A stretch of DNA of 41,256 bases from Verrucomicrobiota bacterium (GTDB taxonomy: Bacteria > Verrucomicrobiota > Verrucomicrobiia > Limisphaerales > SXQI01): assembly GCA_033762115.1 (NCBI GenBank), contig JANRLX010000006.1, positions 1 to 41,256 of the forward strand, in the 5' to 3' direction. Made by a program: the position numbers and the translations under genes. The notes under the pieces are model-generated. The model was not told the DNA's origin, ran no database searches, and saw only the letters and a list, made by a program, of their open reading frames with translations. This document shows, piece by piece, positions 27,052 through 33,590 of this stretch (the stretch's first letter is position 1; each line of letters begins with the position of its first letter).

Positions 27052-28591
27052 GGGGTGTCAGCATCCGCTCCGGCGAATCTTCCTTCCCACAGCCGGTTGC
27101 GATGTGCCCGGCGCTGGCGCCAAGGTCTTCGAGAAGGAGTTTGCTGCTGATCCGGGCGCTTTCAAAAATCACCGGCAGGCCGCTGCCGGGGTGGGTTCCC
27201 CCGCCCACGAGGTAGATTCCATCAAGATCCTCGAAGCGGTTGTGGGGGCGGAGGTGAAGCATCTGACCGAGTGTGTGTGCAAGATTGAAGGTGGCGCCCC
27301 GGTAGATTTCGTAGCGAGTGTCCCAATCCGCGGGGGTGATGACGCGCTCGAATTTGACCCGGGCGGGATCAATTTCGTAACCGGCTTTTTTGACCTCGCG
27401 AAGGAGGAGGTCCCGATAACGGGAGCGTTCGCGTGACCAATCGACGTTTGGATGCTGGTGAGTGACCGGCGCGAGGATGTACAAAGTGGAATGACCGCGC
27501 GGGGCGAGACCGGGATCGGTGACGCAGGCGTTCTGGACGTAAAAGCTCGGGTCTTCACTGAGGATATGGCGGTTTTCGATTTCGTCCAGGTTCTGCTGGT
27601 AATTTTCCGAGATGTGGATGGTGTGATGCGGCTGGTCGAAGGTCCCTTCAACCCCGAGGTAGATCATGAAGGTGGAGCAGGAGAATTTCTTCTTGGCGAG
27701 TTTGCGGTTGGTCCAGCGTTTGCGCAAATGGTCCGGCACCATCCGTTCCATGGCGCGCGCGAAATCGGCGTTCAATACGATGGCATCGGCATGATGGCAG
27801 GTGAGAGTGGTGCGCACGCCGATGGCTTTGCGGCGTGCGAAGAGAATTTCCTCAACCGGTTCGTTCAGGCAGATTTCAACTCCCATCCGCCGGGCGACGC
27901 GAGCCATTGCTTCGGTGACGGCAGCGCAGCCACCCATCGGATGCCAGACGCCGTACTCATATTCCAGGAAGCTGAGGATGCTGAAGAGGCTGGGGCAGCG
28001 GAAGGGGGACATGCCGAGATATTTTGATTGAAAGCAGAAGGCCAGCCGGACCCGTTCATCCTTGAAAAAGCGTTTGAGGTAAGTGTCCACCGATTGATGG
28101 GGACGGAGGGAGGGCAGCATTTTGAGCAATCGAAGCTGGATGAGATCACGCCAGCCGAGAAAGGGGGATTCCAGGCAGGGATGCATGAGGGTGAATTTTT
28201 CCCGGTTTTCCGAGAGGAAGCGGCGGAACCCTGGAACGTCCTGGGGAGATAAAGCGCCGATCTGCCGTTCCATTTCAGTGATTGCGGAGGTGCAATCGAT
28301 TTTTCCCCCGGCACCGAACTGGATGCGGTACTGGGGGTCGAGCCGTTTCATGGGGAGTTCCTGGCTGAGGCTGGTGCCTGCGGCGGAAAAAATTTCTTCG
28401 AGGATTCTCGGGTATAAAAAGAAGGTGGGGCCGAGATCGAATTTGAAGCCCTCTGCCTGGATGCTGGAGGTGCGTCCACCGAGGACGGGAAGGCGCTCGA
28501 TGATTTTGACGCGCATCCCCGCCGCAGCGAGTAAAATGGCTGAAGCCAACCCGCCCGGCCCCGCCCCGATAATCAGAATTTCTTTGCTCAT
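27044..28591 (-). CDS. Phytoene/diapophytoene desaturase (CrtI/CrtN-like)
   Basis: IIGAGPGGL, FDLGPTFF, FQSKYLGMSP and VGGGTHPGSGLPVIFES. Confidence 0.92.
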   Translation of the reverse strand: MSKEILIIGAGPGGLASAILLAAAGMRVKIIERLPVLGGRTSSIQAEGFKFDLGPTFFLYPRILEEIFSAAGTSLSQELPMKRLDPQYRIQFGAGGKIDCTSAITEMERQIGALSPQDVPGFRRFLSENREKFTLMHPCLESPFLGWRDLIQLRLLKMLPSLRPHQSVDTYLKRFFKDERVRLAFCFQSKYLGMSPFRCPSLFSILSFLEYEYGVWHPMGGCAAVTEAMARVARRMGVEICLNEPVEEILFARRKAIGVRTTLTCHHADAIVLNADFARAMERMVPDHLRKRWTNRKLAKKKFSCSTFMIYLGVEGTFDQPHHTIHISENYQQNLDEIENRHILSEDPSFYVQNACVTDPGLAPRGHSTLYILAPVTHQHPNVDWSRERSRYRDLLLREVKKAGYEIDPARVKFERVITPADWDTRYEIYRGATFNLAHTLGQMLHLRPHNRFEDLDGIYLVGGGTHPGSGLPVIFESARISSKLLLEDLGASAGHIATGCGKEDSPERMLTPHE

Positions 28592-28611
28592 GCTCGCTTG
28601 AGTTCTAGACA

Positions 28612-28653
28612 GTTTGTACATTTTGTCCTGTATTGTCAAATATTTGTCTAATA
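28612..28653 (-). promoter_or_regulatory. CarH/LitR-type operator over the crt promoter
   Basis: Minus strand TAGACA-aatat-TTGACA-atac-AGGACA-aaa-TGTACA: tandem TnnACA-like repeats that include a TTGACA -35 element. Confidence 0.75.
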
Positions 28654-28746
28654 TTTTTTAATCAGGGGTGAAAAAGGGGTTTTTGGCTGGTTTTCTTTGA
28701 ATTTGAACGATTTATTAAAAGAAATCCTTGCGCTTTCCGTTTCATT

Positions 28747-28767
28747 TTGTTAAATATTTGTCTAATA
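28747..28767. repeat. Second operator copy directly upstream of carH
   Basis: TTGTTAAATATTTGTCTAATA versus TTGTCAAATATTTGTCTAATA at 28633-28653 (20/21 identical). Confidence 0.8.
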
Positions 28768-28768
28768 A

Positions 28769-29701
28769 ATGAGTGAAGCTCGTCATCCCATCAAAGTGGT
28801 GGCACGCCGGACCGGGTTGAGTCATCACGTGATCCGGGTGTGGGAGAAGCGTTACACGGCGGTGAATCCGCAGCGGACGGGGAGCAACCGGCGTCTTTAC
28901 AGTGATGAGGAGATTGACCGGTTGACGTTGCTGCGGGAGATCACGGAGGGGGGGCACAATATCGGTGCGGTGGCGCAGCTCTCGACGGAACGGCTTCGCG
29001 CGCTGGCCGGTGAGGTCAAGCATGTCGCGCCTGTTCGGGCGTCCGCGGGGGATGTGGAAAGTAATCGTGCGGGGCGGTTTTTATCGGAATGCCTGCAGGC
29101 GGTGAAGGAGCTTGATTCGGGGAAGCTTGAAGCGGCGTTGAAACGGGGGAATGTGGAACTGGGTTCGCAGGGGTTGTTGCAGCGGGTGATCGCGCCGCTG
29201 GCGCAGTCGGTGGGGGATTTGTGGCGGGATGGAACGATCAGCGCGGCGCATGAGCATTTTGCCAGCGCGGTGATCCGGATTTTTTTGGGGCATGCGACGC
29301 AGTCGTTCGCAGGGGGAGCGAATGAGCCGGTGATCGTGATCGCGACGCCGTCCGGGCAGATTCATGAGCTTGGCGCGTTGCTGGCGGGTGCGGCGGCGGC
29401 GAACCTGGGATGGCGTGTGGTGTATCTGGGGGCAAGTCTTCCGGCGGCGGAGATTGCGGGGAGCGTATTGCAAAGCCGGGCGCGGGCGATTGCGCTGAGC
29501 CTGGTGTACCCGGAGGATGACCCGCGGCTGGGGAATGAATTGATGCGGCTGCGGGAGCATGTGGGGCCCGGGGTGCCGGTGCTGGTGGGTGGACGGGCGA
29601 TGCCTGCCTATGAACGGGCGTTGAAAGAGGTGGGAGCGATCCCGATCAGGGATCTCGGGCATCTCTGCTCGACGTTGGAGAATCTTCGCAGGATGAATTG
29701 A
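28769..29701 (+). CDS. carH: CarH/LitR-type MerR-family B12-binding photoreceptor repressor
   Basis: MerR HTH (IRVWEKRY...RRLYS), W-x9-EH (WRDGTISAAHEH), QIHELG and VYLGASLP. Divergent from the crt operon. Confidence 0.9.
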   Translation: MSEARHPIKVVARRTGLSHHVIRVWEKRYTAVNPQRTGSNRRLYSDEEIDRLTLLREITEGGHNIGAVAQLSTERLRALAGEVKHVAPVRASAGDVESNRAGRFLSECLQAVKELDSGKLEAALKRGNVELGSQGLLQRVIAPLAQSVGDLWRDGTISAAHEHFASAVIRIFLGHATQSFAGGANEPVIVIATPSGQIHELGALLAGAAAANLGWRVVYLGASLPAAEIAGSVLQSRARAIALSLVYPEDDPRLGNELMRLREHVGPGVPVLVGGRAMPAYERALKEVGAIPIRDLGHLCSTLENLRRMN

Positions 29702-29702
29702 T

Positions 29703-29912
29703 ATGAAAGGGCGTTTTCAACGGAATATTGATGGGAAAGGGCGTTTGTTCCGGGGGTTGCTGGCTGTGGGATTGCTGGTGGGAGGGGGGTTGGCGTGTCC
29801 GGTTTCGCGGGGGCGGGGTGTGGTGTTGCTTGGGTCGGCGGTGTTTGTGGGGTTCGAAGCGGTGCGGGGTTGGTGCGCGTTGCGAGCGTGCGGGATCAAG
29901 ACGCGGTTGTGA
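29703..29912 (+). CDS. Small DUF2892/YgaP-like membrane protein
   Basis: RNID..GRLFR, two TM helices and GWCAL..GIKT. Starts 1 nt after the carH stop. Confidence 0.75.
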   Translation: MKGRFQRNIDGKGRLFRGLLAVGLLVGGGLACPVSRGRGVVLLGSAVFVGFEAVRGWCALRACGIKTRL

Positions 29913-29981
29913 GGGAGGCGATTGGGGCGGCTGGTGACGCTTGCGGAATGGGCTGGTTGTGTTTAACTCAAGGGGAGGAGC

Positions 29982-30058
29982 GCGCCGGTAGCTCAATTGG
30001 ATAGAGCTTCTGACTTCGGATCAGAAGGTTGCAGGTTCAAGTCCTGCCCGGCGCACCA
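29982..30058 (+). tRNA. tRNA-Arg(UCG)
   Basis: Full cloverleaf: GCGCCGG/CCGGCGC acceptor, GCTC/GAGC D stem, TCTGA-CTTCGGA-TCAGA, GCAGG-TTCAAGT-CCTGC and encoded CCA. Confidence 0.97.
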
Positions 30059-30376
30059 GTTTGACTTGCAAAAGCTGTGAGAGGGGCTGTCATTGCGGAA
30101 AGTGCGTTCAGGTTAATCTTCTAAGCAGGATGAAATTAAGTGGCTAAATGTACCAGACGCGAAGTATCAACAAACCGAAGGGGCAAGAAATTGCGATTAT
30201 CGCACTCTTTTTCAATTGAACGTGACTCTGGAGGCTTCCGCCACCCGAGCTCAATCTCACAGGTTGACGAAGCAAAATGCTAAAAGGACACTGCTGAAAT
30301 AAGTGCTTGGCGTCTCAAGGATTGAATCGAATCTTTCTTGGCGAGCCTTAACTAGGCCACCATACTCCCGAGGCGA

Positions 30377-30649
30377 TTGATCATCAAACTCACCGTAGGC
30401 GAGATTGGAGAATTGTCAGAACTTGTCACTCGGAGTAAAGGCCGAGGCGGGTTTCAAAACCTTTTGCTGCACTTGTGGTATTGCTTGGATGAACAAACCG
30501 GTGAATTGGACTTGAACGACACTCTCGCCGACCGGATCAATCGCTACGCATTTCAATATAGAAATTCATATTGGCGCAAAACTCTGCGGAAACTTTTTCG
30601 CCGTACATTGGGAGCCAACCTTGATCGCCCATTTCGTTTTGCAGAATGA
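30377..30649 (+). CDS. Small hypothetical protein (stand-alone 'GGFQ' domain)
   Basis: TTG start after GAGG. Stop overlaps the MTase ATG. Homologous to the C-terminal part of 31528-32412. Confidence 0.8.
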   Translation: MIIKLTVGEIGELSELVTRSKGRGGFQNLLLHLWYCLDEQTGELDLNDTLADRINRYAFQYRNSYWRKTLRKLFRRTLGANLDRPFRFAE

Positions 30650-31476
30650 AAGACCCCCTGGCCGATTTTAAAATCGAGGTTTCTGATTGTGTAAAGGCGA
30701 TGCGAAATTTGCCGAAGAACTCGGTGGATATTGTAGTTACGTCGCCTCCTTACAACCTCGGGATCAAATACAGCAACTATAATGACGCCCGGACTCGAAA
30801 CGAATATTTGAATTGGTCGAGGGAATGGGCTGGCGAGGTGAAATCCGTTTTAAACGAAAACGGCTCGTTTTTTTTGAATTTGGGTTCCTCTCCTTCAAAC
30901 CCGCTGATTCCTCACGAGCTGATCGTTGCGCTTAAAGAGTTGGGGTTTGTGCTGCAAAACACTTTTCATTGGATAAAATCAATTACAGTTGAAACGAAAC
31001 AAGGAGAACAAGTTTCGGCCGGTCATTTCAAACCGATTCATTCCACCCGCTTCGTCAACGATTGTCACGAATACGTGTTCCATCTCACTAAAAATGGGCG
31101 AATCCCGCTTAACCGATTGGCAATTGGCGTTCCTTATTCGGACAAATCCAATATTAAGCGATGGGCACACACGCAAGGGAAAGACGTGCGATGCCGTGGC
31201 AACAATTGGTTTATTCCATACAAAACAATTCTGAGCCGGTCAAAAGAGCGTCCGCATCCGGCGACATTTCCAGTGGCCCTTGCCGTCAACTGCATCAAAG
31301 TTCACGGCTTCCGTCTGGATCTCGTAATGCTCGATCCTTTCTTGGGCATTGGCCATTCTGCGTTAGCTGCATTGGAATGCGGGATCCAAAGGTTTATCGG
31401 ATTCGAAATTGATCCCGAGTACGTGCGGGTCGCAAATGATATGCTGAGAGCGGCGGTGAACGAACGGCACCGATAA
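30646..31476 (+). CDS. Beta-class amino DNA methyltransferase (SPPY, probably m4C)
   Basis: DIVVTSPPY precedes HPATFP, LDPFLGIG (FxGxG) and GFEID. Confidence 0.93.
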   Translation: MKDPLADFKIEVSDCVKAMRNLPKNSVDIVVTSPPYNLGIKYSNYNDARTRNEYLNWSREWAGEVKSVLNENGSFFLNLGSSPSNPLIPHELIVALKELGFVLQNTFHWIKSITVETKQGEQVSAGHFKPIHSTRFVNDCHEYVFHLTKNGRIPLNRLAIGVPYSDKSNIKRWAHTQGKDVRCRGNNWFIPYKTILSRSKERPHPATFPVALAVNCIKVHGFRLDLVMLDPFLGIGHSALAALECGIQRFIGFEIDPEYVRVANDMLRAAVNERHR

Positions 31477-31527
31477 AGAAAATAGTTTACAGGGCAGGAC
31501 GGAAGTGGCTCCATTAGGTGAACTAAT

Positions 31528-32412
31528 ATGCAGAAAATAGCAGTCATCTTTGGGGAGGAATCGAAGGAACTGAATCCTGCTGAACTGGCGGATTTTTTGT
31601 TTCTCTTCCGGGCGATGAATCTTGCATTGGATCGCTTAGTTCCGGAATCGGAACGGAACGATTGGCGGATACCAACACAAATCGAAGCGAGCCATTACTT
31701 AAACAAAATGGCCGGATTTAATCCGCAGGAAATCAATTCATTTTTTAATGCTTCAAACAAACCCGACTTGCTCCAGATTGACGAGGTGTCCCGACACAGT
31801 CCACTTGAAATTCTGTATATCGGGTGCCCGCTGTTGATCACCTTGGCGGTAATTTTTTCCGGAGGGAAAATCTCGCTTAAAGTCGCCGGAACGGGCTTTG
31901 AAGCAAAAGTCAATTCGCTGGGCGATGGAATTAAAGGCCTCAGAGATGCATTCGGAATCGGGAGACGGTTAAGAGTCGGTTATGGTGTCAAAAGCGTCGT
32001 TGTGAAGCTGACGAATGACGAATATTCCGAATTGATGCGCCAGCCACCGGAATCAAAAAATAAAGGCGGGTTTCAGCATTTCCTAGTCGGGCTTCAAGAC
32101 CGAGTCAACAAGCAAACCCGTGAAATTGAACTTACGGAACGGGATTTGGAACGAATTTTTCGCTTTAAGGCGAACCCGAGCAAGGGCGGGTGGCAAAGCC
32201 GATTCAAAAAAATATTCGGCAGGATTTTCAGTGAAGGAGGCACCCAAAAGAGTCTGCCTAATGTAGACGTGTCCGAAGTTCCACGAAAGGCATTATTATT
32301 GCCTCCCAAAAAAGATTTTGAATTAGAAAGAAGCGGGGAGGCGGACGATGTTGCGGAAACGCAACCCCTTCTGTCACGCCCGAAGCTTTCCCCCCGCAAG
32401 AGAGAGGCGTAG
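31528..32412 (+). CDS. Hypothetical protein: unknown N-terminal domain, hydrophobic segment, 'GGFQ' domain
   Basis: 294-aa ORF after AGGTG, with hydrophobic ILYIGCPLLITLAVIFSGG and an internal homologue of the 30377 ORF at 31999-32223. Confidence 0.8.
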   Translation: MQKIAVIFGEESKELNPAELADFLFLFRAMNLALDRLVPESERNDWRIPTQIEASHYLNKMAGFNPQEINSFFNASNKPDLLQIDEVSRHSPLEILYIGCPLLITLAVIFSGGKISLKVAGTGFEAKVNSLGDGIKGLRDAFGIGRRLRVGYGVKSVVVKLTNDEYSELMRQPPESKNKGGFQHFLVGLQDRVNKQTREIELTERDLERIFRFKANPSKGGWQSRFKKIFGRIFSEGGTQKSLPNVDVSEVPRKALLLPPKKDFELERSGEADDVAETQPLLSRPKLSPRKREA

Positions 32413-32609
32413 CTGAGGCAGAAGTGAGTGTCGAGGTGGGAAGGACCCGGATTGAACTCGAACATTCACGTGCTGAAGGCGCTTACGTGGGAAGGACGCG
32501 GCTGTATCCCGATGGGCGGGATGGAAGTGATTCATGGCGGGGCATCTTGTGGCGGTTGGGGTTGGGATATTTCACTTGCGGGTGGGGGGTGGTCTGGTGT
32601 GATGGCGCG

Positions 32610-33539
32610 GTGAGAAATCTTGTTTGCTTTTTGTGTGTCGCAGTGTGCCTGGCGGTTTCGCGCGCGGAGGGTGTCCGGGTTTATTTCGTGGGGAACAGTG
32701 TAACGGATACTGTTCGGTATGGAGGGTTGGCGAAACTTGCCGAGTCGCGCGGGATCAGGATGACGTGGGGGCGGCAGATGATTCCAGGCGCGCCGCTGGA
32801 GTGGTTGTATGGGCATCCGGAGGAGGGGTTCACGGAGGAGCCTTTCGGGGGATGGAAGAAAGCATTGAACGAGTTCGCGTGGGACCATGTGGTGCTGCAA
32901 CCGTTCGACCGGCAGCTTCAGGGGAAAAATGAGAAGGGGGAAGAGGTGGGGGATGTGGCGTTGATCGTGATGATGGCCAAGCTCGCGGCGGCGAGGAATC
33001 CGGAGGTGCAGGTGTTTATTTATGCGCGCTGGCCGCGTGTGGCGGTGGGGGGGAAAGGAATTGCGTTCGACAAGAACGATTATGACCCGGGGAAACCGGG
33101 CAGTGGCAATGATCTCTCAAAGGTGGATGATTTCGAGGAGCGTTGGAACGGGAGGTTCACGGGTGGGTGGGATGCAACGAATGAAACGCGGGATTATTTT
33201 GAGAGGTTGCTTGTTGAGGCGCGCAAGCAAACGCCGGGGCTGCGCAAGCCGTTGCGGATTGTGCCGGTGGGGCATGTGATGGCGGAGATGCATCGTGAAA
33301 TGAGGGCTGGGCGTGTGGCGGGTTGGACGAGTATTTATCAATTTTACAAGGATGGGATTCACCTGAATGAACCGGGAAGTTATCTGGTTGGGTGCACGTT
33401 CTTCGCGACGCTTTTTAATGAATCGCCGGTGGGGCTTGCGAGTGAACCGTATGGAAAGATCGCGCCTGAGCTTGCGAGGAAAATCCAGGAAGTTGCCTGG
33501 AAGGTTGTGGGGGAGAATCCGGCGGGTGTGAAAGAGTGA
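32610..33539 (+). CDS. Secreted SGNH-hydrolase-like protein
   Basis: Signal peptide from GTG 32610, VYFVGNS (block I) and DGIH (block V DxxH). Confidence 0.75.
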   Translation: MRNLVCFLCVAVCLAVSRAEGVRVYFVGNSVTDTVRYGGLAKLAESRGIRMTWGRQMIPGAPLEWLYGHPEEGFTEEPFGGWKKALNEFAWDHVVLQPFDRQLQGKNEKGEEVGDVALIVMMAKLAAARNPEVQVFIYARWPRVAVGGKGIAFDKNDYDPGKPGSGNDLSKVDDFEERWNGRFTGGWDATNETRDYFERLLVEARKQTPGLRKPLRIVPVGHVMAEMHREMRAGRVAGWTSIYQFYKDGIHLNEPGSYLVGCTFFATLFNESPVGLASEPYGKIAPELARKIQEVAWKVVGENPAGVKE

Positions 33540-33590
33540 TCGATTGTCAGTGAATTCGGTTTGGATGAGAGGTGTCAATTCTTGAAGTTA

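Noticed and set aside
28728..28756. dif-like sequence (TTTTGTTAAAT resembles the XerD arm) near the skew switch
   Set aside because: The XerC arm matches poorly with wrong spacing, and the sequence is better explained as the CarH operator copy.
30646..32412. Ordinary type II restriction-modification pair
   Set aside because: No nuclease motif is visible in the downstream ORF, and it shares a domain with the upstream ORF, which is not an HTH C-protein. Not fully excluded without a structure search.
32435..32497. 11-bp direct repeat GTGGGAAGGAC and a faint minus-strand tRNA-3'-end look-alike at the islet border
   Set aside because: The T stem does not pair, it does not match tRNA-Arg, and only two short copies exist, so it is neither a CRISPR array nor a credible att site.
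32424..32609. N-terminal extension of the SGNH ORF (similarly 22000-22365 and 28592-28639)
   Set aside because: ORF-caller overextension; the signal peptide, gene overlaps or operator position point to later starts.
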